From assembly GCF_009834535.1 (NCBI RefSeq), contig NC_045696.1, positions 50,842,001 through 50,906,000 of the forward strand: a stretch of DNA of 64,000 bases, written 5' to 3'. The stretch comes from Camelus ferus. Its lineage: Eukaryota. The translations under genes and the position numbers were made by a program. Below the pieces are notes generated by a model that was not told where the DNA came from, did no database searches, and worked only from the letters and a program-made list of their open reading frames with translations. Positions within the stretch are counted from its first letter, which is position 1. Each line of letters opens with the position of its first letter. Positions 1 through 13,400 of this stretch are shown here, one piece after another.

Positions 1-1227
1 TTCACAAAAATTCTAACTTACTCGCTGTGTAACTTTGAGTAATTTTTTTGATCACACTATGCCTTCACTCTCTCTTGTATAAAATGAGAATATTAGTAGC
101 ACCAACCTTGTAAAACTGTTGAAAAACTCTTAGAACAGTGCCTAGCACATAAAAGCAATCAATAAATGTTAGTATTGCTAACATTTTCTTATTCGTAGCC
201 TCAACAAATGAATAGTTAGAATGAAGAAAATCATGTAAGAAAAAATAATCTGACCTATCAACTGGATGTAAAATAGATAATGGACAATATCAACAGCCAA
301 TAACATGAAGCCAAGAGCCTAAATGACCAATGCCCTTCTCCCAGGCTATGGCAGGTCCCCTGATCATCTGTTTCTATTTCCTCTATGTTTCTTTTATAGC
401 ACATCACACACATCACACATTGTTCAACATTTATCTTTCCCCCAAAATATAGAGTATATAGAAAATATGCACCTTAGTAAGCGATGGGAGAAGGTAAGTT
501 AGAATTTAATCTATAGCTAGCAGAGTTAGTGACAATTCCAAGATTTTTTAAACAGATCTGTTCAATTATTCTATATTTCAAAAAGGCCAGGTTTAAATTG
601 GAATAAAAAGGATTTAAGGATAGTTAAAAATGTCTTTCTCATAAAGACACTGGGAATCAAGTCATGGGCACCTGGAGAGTAGTGCTTGAAGGTTCTTAAA
701 TAAAGGACAAAATCACCCCGTCCTGAAAAAAGACCAGTGTATGATACGGTGAAAAAGACCCAAAGACCTGAAATCAAGAGTAAACTCTGCTGCCATTTAG
801 TATTGAAGTTCCTGCATCAGAAATGATTCTCTTATAATTCTTGTTTTACAAATGAAGACTGAGTTCAGAGACAACAAGATGACTTACCCATCACACAACA
901 TTGCTACACCACATTTAATAGTGGATCTGAAAGTTCAATATGAACTTGGACACAGCACGCTAATGTTAATACATTATACAAACCTGTAGGAAGAGAAGCC
1001 TACAAGAAGGCAGCAAGTTAAATTTAAAAGCCTTTCTTTTATCTGCACTGTCTTCAGCAATAAAATCCCCATTTCCAATTACAAAAGCTGCACAACAGTT
1101 TTTTAAAGTAACACCATAAAAAATATCCTGTTAACAACACCAGCAAAAATGTCTCCAGCTGTTTAATCCTCTTAGCAAAGACCCTTACGATAAACTACTA
1201 GCACCTGTTCTCAGTCACACAACCTAC

Positions 1228-1444
1228 TTGATGTGGCCTGATCCTGATGTAGTAAGCTGCTCGTCGTTTTCAGGATTGAAAGTAACCTTAAAAACTTCCT
1301 GGGAAAAAGCTTTTGTCCTCAGTAGGGGCTGCTCTTCTTTCCAGTTCCAGATGGTTAGTGTGTGATCGGGGTTGCCGCCAACAGAGGCCAGCAGGGTACC
1401 ATCGTAGTTAAAGTCCACGTAAGCATAGGCCAGTTCAGTCCCAT
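1228..1444 (-). CDS. CFAP44: CFAP44 exon 7 (217 nt), WD40 repeat
   Basis: Acceptor AG at 1445-1446; (G)AT GGG ACT GAA... to CAC ATC AA|GTAGGT; overlaps ORF 1224..1418. Confidence 0.95.
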
Positions 1445-4400
1445 CTGAGAGGATGAAAGGATGAATGGGAGTCTAATGCACAGGGGCAGCATTTATTTAA
1501 TTTTCAAAACCATATTATCAAAAAAAAAAAAAAAAGGGAAAAAGAGAGAGCACCCTCGGTGATGTGCACTGACGGAAGAAGACCAAGAATCCCCTAAAGA
1601 AACAATTCCAAAATCATTCACCACCATTGGCTTTAGAATGAATTACATGTATGAGTGGTGAGGATGAAGAATTTTTAATCACATTTTACATGAGGAAAAC
1701 GCTTTGAGAACATACTCCACTTTATGAAGCCAGGACAGAAAAGCATGCTAGATAGCAGAAAGAAATCAGCATTTAAAATTTGCCACTGAAAACGTCACAA
1801 AACAAAAATTAACGACTTCAGGTTACTGGTTAGGCATGTTAAGAGCTTAGACGCCGCCATTCCAGCCTAACAAGACAACTTTTTAGCTAAATAGACTGAA
1901 AAATCAACAACTCTTCCTGGATCTACAAGAGAGGGAAGGACACAGGGCAAAACGCTGCCCCCCAGACTAGAGAGACCAAAGGGTGAATACAGGGATTTAC
2001 AATTTACCAGAGCGGAGACTTACAAGCAGAAACAGCCAGAACAGCTCAAGGAACCCACTGCCCGGCAGTAAAGCCTCAACTAGATCTGACGATTTGCTGT
2101 AGCCTCAGCGTGGACAAGCCTGAGAGTTAAAAACTCCAGAGGGATGCAGTCATAAGGTGGCCCCAACAATATTGTGAGATTGTGAGCTCCTCCAGGAGCT
2201 TGACCAGATTCCTGCAGTAAAAAATCTCGAAAAATCCCCCCAGGCTTCCAGCAGAGGAAAAGGAAAAGGAGCCATTTTGAAATACACCCGAGCATTCTGT
2301 TCTCCTTAATAAGGTCTACGCTCAGGGGAAACTAATTAACCAGAGCCTGATTGACCTGGAGAGTAAGTATCCAACTTCAGCCCACTCTCACCGTCCTGTC
2401 CCACTTAAGGGGGAAGAAAAATGCTGGGAAATGTTTGTGAAATTCACAGTTCAGAGGCACCAGCTCACTAAAAAATTGAGACCTAATCACAGGACTAAAA
2501 AAATGCTTCCCCTCCCCCACACCACAAGGACACTAAAGGCCTATTTCCAGCAGTTCTTTTTACCCAGTACATCACATCTAGCTAGCTATCAAGAAAAAAG
2601 TACAAGGCATACCAAAAAGCAAAAAAAGGCAATTTGAAGAGACAGAGCATGCATCACAACCAGACACAGCATAGATATTGGAATTATCAGACTGGGAACT
2701 TAAAACCACTATAATTAATACACCAAGGGCACTAATGGAGAAAGTAGACAACATGCAAGAATAGATGGGCAATGTCAGCAGAGAGATGGAAATCCTAAGA
2801 AGAACCAAAAAGAAGAGCTAGAGCTAAAAACCACTCTCACAGATGAAGAATGCTTTTGATGGGATTACTAGATTGGACACAGCTGAGGAAAGAATCTCTT
2901 AGCTACAGGGTGTCTCAACAGAATCCTCAAAAACTGAAGAGCAAGGAGAACAAAGACTGATCAAAACAGAACGAAGAGCTAAGGACTGTGGGACAAACAC
3001 AAAAAGTGGAACATATGTGTGATGGGAATACCAGAAGGAGAAGAAAGAGAGACAGGAACATAAGAAATATTTAAAATAATAATGACTGAGAATTTCTCCC
3101 AACTTAATGTCGGATACCAAACTGCAGATCTAGTAAGCTTAGATATCACCAACCAGGATAAATGCCAAAAAACAAACAAACAAACAAACAAACAAAAAAC
3201 TACAGTAAATGAAAGACAAAGAAAAAATACTGGAAGAAAAAAAAACATCCAGAGGAGAAAAAAAACTCTTATCTATAGAAGAACAAAGATAAGAATTACA
3301 TCTGACTTCTCCTCAGAAATCATGTAAGCAAGAAGAGTGGAGTGAAATTATTTAAAGTGTTAAAAGGAAAGGAAAAAAACCCCACCAACCTAGAATTCTG
3401 CACCCTGCAAAATTATCTTTCAAAAATGATGGATAAAGAGTTTTACAGACCACCAAACATTGAGGGAATTTGTTGCCAGGAGACCTCCCTTATGAGAAAT
3501 GTTAAAAGAAGTTCTTTAGAAGAAAAATGTCAGAAATTTGGATTTAGATAAATAAAGGAAAAGCATTAAAGGAGTATATGAAGGTAAAATAAAAACTTTT
3601 TCTTATTCTTAATTGATGTAACAGATAAGAGTCTGTTCCAAACAAAAGCAACAATGTATTAGATTATGTATGCTTATGTATGTGTGTGTATATATACATA
3701 TATATGCTTGTGTATAAGTAAAATGAGTGCTTACAGATAAGCTTATATATAAGTGAAATGAATGACAGCAACTAAGATGCCCCTTCGTAGGTGAATGGAT
3801 ACATAAAATGTAGTACATACAGACAATGGAATATTATTCAGCACTGAAAAGGAATGGCTATTGAGCCATCAAAGACATAGTGGAAACTGAAATGCACATT
3901 ACTAAGTAAAAAAGGCCAACCTGAGAAGGCTATATACTGTATAATTCCAACTATATGACATTTTGGAAAAGGCAAAACTATACAGTCAATAAAAAGGTCA
4001 GTGGTTGCCAAGGGGGGACGGGGCAGTTATGAATGGACAGAGCACAGATGGTATTTAGGACAGTGAAAATACTCTGAATGATATTATAATGAGGGACAGA
4101 TATCATTATACATTTGTCTAAATGAATATACAACACCAAAAGGAACCCTAAGGGAAATTAAGGACTTTGGGTGGTTATGGCATTACTGTTGGCTCATTCT
4201 TGGTGAAAACGCGCCATTCTGAGACGTGGTGTTGATGAGCAGGCTATGCATGTGTGAGGGGAGAGGTATATGGGAAATCTCTGACCCTTCCTCTCAATTT
4301 TATTGTAAACCTAAAACTGCTCTGAAAATAAAATCCTTCTTAAAAACCGACTGCTGAAATTAATTATGTGGAAAACAGAATTGTAAGATACTTGGGCTAC

Positions 4401-7400
4401 AGTATCAACTATTCAATTAAACACCACTCTGGATGTTGCTATGAAGGTATTTTGTAGGTGTGGTCAACATCTCTAATCAGCTGACTTTAAAGATTATCCT
4501 TGATAACCAGGGTGGGCCTCATCCCATCAGCTGAAAGCACTTAAAAGCAGAACTGAGGTTTCCCTGAGGAAGAAGAAATTCTGCCTGAAGATGTAGAATC
4601 AATTCCTGCCCAAGAATTTCCAGACTGCTAGCCTGCCCTGTCAACTTCAGACCTGCCAGCCCCCAAAATTACATAAGCCAATTCCTTTGAATAAATCTCT
4701 CTTCTACCTCCTACTAGTTCTGTTTCTCTGGAGGAACCTGATGCTACAACAATGTTACATCTTCAGAATGTTGTTAACCTTGAACATGGGATATTTTAGA
4801 GATTCTACTGGACTCACCTTGAAGGATTCTGTAGGGCCTCAAAGAAGGATATTCATAAATGATAATCTTTGGGAAAAGCTCCTTTCTCTGCTACTGTGAA
4901 GCAAGTTTTATATGGGTGAACCTATAAAAAATAAAATCTCACTAAAGTATTAAAAGGGAAATTGTCATATAAACAGTTCTATTAATACAGTACTTAGTAT
5001 CTGTTACTTTATAATTTATTAGGATCAACTCCAGTAGAAAACTCAAAACTAGGCATCTTTTTCCTACAACATGGATGGACCTGGAGATCATCATTCTAAG
5101 TGAAGGAAGCCAGAAAGAGAAAGAAAAATACCATATAATATCACTTATATGTGGAATCTTAAAAAAAGACACAAATAAACTTATCTACAAAACAGAAACA
5201 GAATCACAGACATAGAAAACAAACTTGTGGTTACCAGGGGTAAAGGGGGTTGGAAGAGGTAAATTGGAAGTTCAAGATTTGCAGATACTAATATATATAT
5301 AATAGATAAACAACAAGTTTATACTGTATAGCACAGGAAACTATATTCAATATCTCATAGTAACTTATGGTGAAAAGAATATGAAAACGAATATATGTAT
5401 GTTTATATATGACTGAAACATTATGCTATACACCAGAAATTGACAACATTGTAAATGACTATACTTTAATTAAAAAAAAGGTCATCTAACAAATTCTTGA
5501 CAATGAATATAACTTAAACTGAAAACAAGAAGAATACTCATTTAAGTTTCACTTTCATTAATAGAGGCATATCTAACTCTACAATTTAAAAAATTGCCAT
5601 CAGAAGAAGCTAGAACATTGAGCAGGCATCAGAATCACAGGGAGGGCTTATTAAAGCTCAGATTACAAGCCTTAACACCAGGTTTCTGATTAGTAAATCA
5701 GGGCTGGGACCTGAGAATTCAGTTACAATTCTAACAAGTTCCCAGGTGATGTTGATGCTGCTGGCTCGGGGTTGGGGGGGGGGCACTCTTGGAGAACAGC
5801 TGAGTTAGATGAATTGTTTACCCTGCATATAAATTAACTTACATATTTGAATTAAAAAATTCATGTTTCCAGAGTAGGTTACATCACAATTTCTAAAATT
5901 TCACCTTGGACAAACTTACCAGAAATGGATGTAAACTTAGTGGAAGTGTGAAAGATAACAATATTTCCAAGCCAGAAGTAGAGGAAAATATAGTAAATAA
6001 GCCCTTGACAAACTATTTGTGTCAGCATTTCAGTAATAGCCATATAAATTGGATGGAATCGTAGGTTCACTTCTGTTACTTTTGTTTATTCCTGCCAATG
6101 TGCAGGAAGAGTAAATGAGTAGTCAAAAAATAAAAATAAAAATAGGCTGTTATAAGAAAAGCTATTTAAAACACACATTTATAAAATTCCACTTTCAGTT
6201 ACCATTTTGCAACTCCTGATTATATACCTTAGGGAGTATTCTCGGGCACAGAGGGCACTGGAAGTCCTTGTACCCAAGATTAGGTTCTTGCTCTTCTTCA
6301 TCCCTCCGCATGTGGGAACCTAAGACCCATAACAGGCTGTCTTCCAACTGGTAAGTCGCCTTTTATTCTTCAATTCAAGTAAATACCCATCACTTCAGCT
6401 TGGAACAAGGCTTGTGTTTATAGGATGGATACTCAGTGAGATAATGATAATGTTGAAAACAGATAACATTTATTGAGTACTTACTATGTACCAGACACTA
6501 AGTTTGACATGAATTAATTTCCTTAAATTTCACATCAACCTTGTGAGGTTGTATATCATTTTTATTCCCACCTTATTGATGGGGAAACTGAGGAAAAGAG
6601 AGGTTAAGTAACTTGCTTGAAGTTATACAGCTGGTAAATGCAAGAGCGTGGATTCAAGCCAGGTGTTGGGGCTAAGAAGAAAATGGAACTAAAAAGTAGT
6701 AGATTCAAGGGGAGGGTATAGCTCAGGGGCAGGGTGTTTGCCTTGTAAGCATGAGGTCCTGAGTTCAATCCTCAGTACCTCCAGCGCTACCAACAACAAA
6801 TAGCAGATTCTATGAATTTAGTGAGAAATGCATTGAGACATTTCTAGATTCCCCACTTACAAGGGAATATTCTGTAAGATATGGGGGTCACAGAAATCTG
6901 AATGGGCATTCAGGCAAATCTTTCACCTGTTTAGGTCTTGTCTATAGTAAGTAAAAATACTTCTGCTCTTCCAGATCAGAAGCTGCTGTGGGGTTGGGTT
7001 TGCTGTTTTGCTTTATTTTTAGTGGAGACCTGGAACAGTAAGTCACTATATACTCATAGTCATACTCAACATATAGATTCACCCTATCTTTTCTGGAAGA
7101 TAGTTTATATGCCCCGGAACACATTTCTCACAGGTTTCTCATAGCCTCATGGAAGAATTGCTCATCCACAAATAGATAACTGTTTCAGAAAAAGTGAAGC
7201 AATGTGGGCAGTGGAGGAAGGCCCCTGTCACGATCCAGGCTCCAGAAGCCCCAGCACACATGGAGACGAGCCCCGTGGACACACGAGTGCTCGGAGTCCA
7301 GGGGGTACAGTTTAGGGTGAGCATTCTTGACCACATTCTTGACTTCACTACATCCCTAAGCACTGACCTCAAGCCAAATTATCATATAGCAAAGTAAAAT

Positions 7401-10400
7401 GGGCATTCCAAAACTCCTGTTGGCCACAAAGTGATAGAAAAACAAGTGAGTTAGATATTGCTGAGTCCTCTGCAGATGGTGTGGACCCCAGGGCTCATGA
7501 CACCCCAAGATGGCCCCAGTTGACTTCCCTCCAGAGAGCCCGTGACCCTCACCTTGGGCCCATGAACATTTGCAACAGCTGGTCCCACAGTACCAGGTAC
7601 TTGTATACATCTAGCCTTGGGGTTTTTTGCTTTTTAATATGGATCCTGTCTCTTTAGATGGATTTTAAACTCTGAATTCACAGGAGTCATGAACCCTTCT
7701 TCCTCTGAATCCCTGCATGTTTTGAGCATTGGCTGCAGAGTTTTATACAATAAATTCTTGCTGAATTCATTAATTCGTCTTATAACAAACTCCCTGAAGA
7801 CAAAGACTTAATTATATACACATGCTATATCCAGATAGATGATCAAGAAGGAAACAAACCTGAGATTATCTTTGACTCTTTCATCTCACCACATCCTTAG
7901 GCAATCTAAGTCCTGTTTTTGGGTCTCAGATTTCCTCATCTTCTCCATCCCATTGCCATGTCCCTGCTTCACTCCCCAGATCAAGAATCTTCAAAACCTC
8001 CTCACTCACCTCCACTTCACAACTAAATCTAACCCGATCAAACTGTTTCCCACTGCTTCCTGCAGGCTTGGCCCATTCTCTCTGCTGGAGCCACATCAGT
8101 CTTTCTGCCAGAAGCCCTGGCCTCAGCATTGTGCTGTGAAGAGGGCCCTGCACCTCCTAGTTCCTTCTGGTCTGCTCACACCCAGCAGGAAGGGCAGGAG
8201 TGGGGATTTGGTATTTGGATCCGATCCCTCTAGAAACCCTCTTGAGCATCTCATGTGGAACTGCTGCTTGTTTCAGCCCCCAATCCTGTATATTTCTCCT
8301 CCTTTCCCTCATTGTCTCTCTCAGCCTCATCTGAATGGATGGTCCTCTCATGACTCCAGTGACACCGAGAGGCATCCCTCAGGCCATTGGTTACTGGTGA
8401 GAGTAGATCTAGGGACACCTGCTTTAAGGAGCAGAGAGTAGAAAAACAGCCAAGAGTAAAGCTCAGTTGTGGGGCCATTGCTACAGGGAGGTCAGGTAAT
8501 TAGAAAAGTATTCTTCAGATTTGGCTATTAAGAGGGCCTTTGGTCACCTTAGTGAGGTGATGGGGAAACAGACAGCAGATGTTTGGCTCTGGATGAAAGC
8601 TTAAAGGTCACTGGGTAAAGAGAATGTATGGTCAGAGAGGGGCCTTTTAAACTGAGAACAAGTTGATTTAGTTTGCTTTTGGGCTGAGGATGGAAAGCCC
8701 AAGGAAGTAGAGGCTGAAGATACAAGAAAGATGATGACTGATGGAGACAGACACCTGAGGATGAAGAGAGGCTCCAAATCACACACAGATCCTTTTGTCA
8801 ACTGCTCGAAACTACTGAGTGTGCAATCTGTACTTCATCTCTAATGTTCAACTCTATGTTCACATCTTACCTGGCATTTAGCTCTAATTCATATGTGAAT
8901 TATCATTTGTGTTATTCACCACAGTGTTTTTGCAGAATAGCAACATACCATTCAGTGTGAAAAACCTGCATGACTGTGGGAAGTCACTGAACCTCTATTA
9001 GCCCTGGTTTCCTTATCTGCAAAATGAGATGGTAGTATTATTAATATAATAGTGTACTATTGCATGGGATAATGTCAGTGAAAGCAGTGGCTGCAATCAC
9101 GGAATTGAAATCCACACATTTACTACCACAGATTACTCACATAGAGGATGAAATTAACTCAAAGACTTCAAAGAGATTTTTAAACTCATTATACGCATAC
9201 ATATATTTAGAATTTATGGCACAAAATAAGTTCTCTGTAGAGTTTTATTTTTAACATCTAAGTTTTCTATGTCTACCTCTTTTAGACTCATACCATCTCC
9301 AGTTGACTTAAAGCTGTGTCCTTTTCAACCTAAGTTCTAAAGGTGACTGCTTTGGAACCTGGTAATAAACAAAAATAAAACGTATGTATATAGCCCAAGA
9401 AAATGCCTTAAAGACTGCTGTGCATTTCATGTAATCCCACAGTACTGCATGTGGCCCTGGCACCTCACAGTCCAGCTGGTCTACAGAACAAAGAATTTTT
9501 TTTCTAAGTTAGTAAAGACATACCCCAATGACACCAATTCCTCTGCCACTGCTACTTCGCAGGTAGGTCTGTTCCTTGGTTTTCAAATTTAGAAGGATCA
9601 GCTGGTTCCCAGCTATGTACATCACGGTATTGCTGTCCAGAAGTTGTAGGTTGGCCCGCTTTCTGCAGTCATAACCAAAGGAATGTCTGAGGGAAAGCTG
9701 CTAAGGAAAAGAGGTGAACCAAAGTAACCACCCTAGAGACAGGAAAAGCAATGAAATCAATATGTTAAAAAAAAAAAAAAAAAACCAAATCCTTAGATAA
9801 AGATTCAGTGTTGAAGTATGAATTTTACACCAAAACTCAGAGTTTTTAAAAAATGTATTACTAATGCAATCTTGTTTTTAAATTATGTAAAAATTCTCCT
9901 ACTCTGATTTAGTCAATATTTTAATTTTCTTAGGAAAATCCTGAAAGCATACTAATTTTGTTTGCAGTAAAAAATCAAGTTAAACTTTCAATTTGGGTAC
10001 TATAGAGAGTAAAGTTGTCCCCTAAATAACTTCATTTCCCTCTCTCCTGCTGAAACTAAATCACATCATAATGCGGGAGGAAGTCTGTCTTTGTCATCTT
10101 TGTTCTCCTAATGCCTGTTTAGTTTGTTGACTGAACACAGTAAAATGATCCTGTAGGTCTCTTCCTTGATGCTGAAAGATAAGCCGTTTAAAATTCTGAC
10201 ATGCTTGTGAAATTGACACACCAGTGATTATGTAATAAATTCACATAAATATAATTGAAATGTTATCACATGAAAAACCATGAAAACTGACTAAATAATA
10301 TGTAGTATGTAAGAATATAAAATAAATACCCTAACATTTCCTTTCTGAGATTATTAGTGTGTATGGGTGTGTAGATGAGTGTATATGTGTGTGTGCATTT

Positions 10401-13400
10401 ATGCTATAGAGTAAAACTGCATTAATTCAAAATAGAGGTTTTAAAAATCTGAGTTATAAAACATCTTTTAAATGTACTTTATCACTCCATTCAAATTCAA
10501 ATTACTATAACCCAAGATATAAATGTAATAATAGATCAATCTATTAAAGAAATTATAGCTTGCCAAAGAAACATATTATAGCGTATCTTAAGGAAATAGA
10601 TTCCTATTTTCGAAGAACTCACTGCTGAACACAAAAGTTGAAGAATCATTGGAGAAATCTTTATTTCTTGAGCCCTTATTTAAAAAAAATCTGATTTTAG
10701 AGAATTCACCTTATTTCTAAGTAAATATTTTCAGAGAAAGAAATTATGTGGAACTTTTAACAAGAAGGATATATAGAATGTAAAAAAAAAAGATTTTAAT
10801 GAATGCGATTTGAATTGTAAAGTACATACAAATTATAATGAACTACAAGTTACTTTCCTTATCTCATTGTCTAACAGTTAAATTGAAAAAGAGAGAGAGA
10901 ATATTTCAGAACATTTGATCTGTTCAAGAAAAAGGAATTTTATCAATTTAAAAGATATAAATGCCTAAAACTGAATCTTATAAAGGCATATGAGTAAATA
11001 TGTGATCCAAGCTCTAGATGAAGCTGCTCTGGCCTCGTGGTTAATATCCGAGGACTCTTTACAAAGAAAAGAGTGGAATCGACAGTCCCTGGTCTTCCAG
11101 AGTCCGGTGCAGGGCAGAAGTTTTGCCTACCCTCTCCTTCCCTCTCCCCAGACTACGCTCTCACCTTTCCTTTTTCCTCCTCCCCTTTCCCTTTTCCCAG
11201 GCGCCAGTGTCATACTTCAGAGGGCTGAAAGTATGTCTGTAACTGTGAGAGTAGAAGTGGGCTGCCATCTCTTCACGACCTTGGATGACAGTGGGGAATC
11301 AGAGATAGGATCGGCTACCTAGTATTACCATGTCTAGTTTCAGGGAGATGACTCTTACTTGCTGCTGCTTCGATCTTAGTGGGTGAGACTGTAACTTCCC
11401 AAACTCTTTCCCTATAAATCACAACCTGCTTGAGGGCAGAGACTGATTCTCACTCCTCTCTGCTTCCTGGAATGCAGACCACAGTGTTTAGAGCCTATTA
11501 AGTTGAATGAGTGAGTGAGTGAGTTGAATGAATGAATGAATTCATAACTGGAGCCTGATCTTTCCCTTCTAACCCCAGAGGACAAGGCAGCCCCTAAGCA
11601 GAGCTCTGAAAGTGTTTTCACCTCTTCAGGTGTTCTGATATACATTCAACTCCCTTCTGTTTTGTCTTACCCTCCCTTCTGGCTCTTCTTCCTAACTTCC
11701 TATCAGAGGCCCCGGGCCCTCACTGTTCATTCGTGGCCATTGAGGACCTCTGCGTTAAAACGGGGTTTAAATACCCTGTTAAGTTCTGTTTGGCGTCTTT
11801 TATGACTTATGCTGTGGTTTAGGTGATATGTTATAAATTACACATTTCTTGATTGATTTAGAAGACAGAAATGTTAAAACTGAAGTAGATAAAGAATTGA
11901 AAGAGTACATGGGGGATATATGACAGCTGACTTCTTTGAGCTTCTCACAAGAAATAGAGATTACATTTGTTCCATCTCTAGGGAGTAGGACTAAGTCTAA
12001 TGCAGGACATTCCAGAGAGGCAGGTTTTGATTCAAGGCCTGGAAGAGCTCTCTAATAATGCAAGCTGTTCAAAAATGAGATAACTTTGTGTGATTGCTCT
12101 GGTTGTGAAAGTGTTTAAAAAAAAAAATCTACAGCTTATGCAGCCACTCATCCAGCGTGTGTGGAAAGGATTCACGCATTGTGCCAAAAGTCAAGGCCTC
12201 TCTGACTCCATTATTTACAAACTAGGCTTCTCTCTCTAACACAGAGATCCTTGCAGCCTGGAGCAGCAAGTCCCCCGAGGTGGGGGCCAGGAGAAGGCAG
12301 CACAAGCACAAGTTACCGAGAGGAGACGTGATGAGGAGACCAGGAGGCCTCTGATTCTGTTCCTCAAGGCTGTCTTCTCTGTACCTCATGTGATGAATAC
12401 TGTGAAAGCACTAATGCCTGGCAGTGGCCCCATCAGTGTTTCAAGAAGGGAGATCAAAGATTTTAACTGACAGTCATTGAAAAGAGGCTGCCAGGCTGGT
12501 AGAGGAGGTGAATGGGGATCAGAGGCCTCCTGGTCTCCTCATCACGTCTCCTGAAAGGACAGCCAGAAAAATCATCATTTCTCATTACGGTTGTTTGGCA
12601 TCAAACAAAATCTTAGTCTAAATTAAGAGCAAGCTTTTCTGTCTCAGCTTCTCTAAAGGCCAAGCTTTTTAGAATGACCCAAGACAGGGGTTGGCAAACT
12701 TTTTCAGTAAAGGGCCAGGTAGTAAATATTTTAGGCTTTGTGGGTCAGATTGTCTCTGTTGTAACTGCTTAAATCTGCCCTTGCAGTGTGATGGCAGCCA
12801 TACACAAAAGGTAAATGAATGAGCAGTGCTGTGTTCCAATAAAACTTTATTTAGGAAAAAAGGCCAGGGGCCAGATTTGGTGCATGGGCTCTAGTTTGCC
12901 AACCCCTGACCTAAGAAGCTGAAATTCCAAGACTATATGTATGTAACTGGAGTGGATACACAAGTGTGAGAAGATCCAGTGGTATGTTTGAATCCGGAGT
13001 CACAAAAGGCATCGAAACAAGTTCCATATAATTGTAGAAGAAGCTCTCTGATATTTTCTTCTTAACTTCCTCCTCTGCCTCTTCTGCAGCTGGGACAGGA
13101 GTTTCCATATACTGAGATTCTAAAAAGTTAAAATGTTTTAACTAAGAAGAGTGTCTGCTCAATCCTAAAATCATGTTTCATGAAGACGGGAGCAATGTAC
13201 CCAGTCTGTCTTACTCCAGCAGTAACTACGACTACTGGCCCGAACATAGGATGCCACCCACTAATGAGCATGGGCACCGAGGCACACGCCTGTGTGCATC
13301 AGGGTGAACGCTGAGCCCTGCTCATGATCCCAGCAGTCCCAAAGAACAGTTCCCAGTCAGTTCCAAGAGAGAGTTGTTCTCACTAATCTGGGGTAGATCA

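Noticed and set aside
7839..8441. 200-aa plus-strand ORF, the longest in the track
   Set aside because: No recognisable domain; lies antisense in a CFAP44 intron, partly over L2-like pyrimidine-rich sequence; no splice or promoter support
12321..12552. Inverted repeat as a pre-miRNA or MITE
   Set aside because: The 162-nt loop is too large for a pre-miRNA; there is no TSD or transposon-type terminal motif
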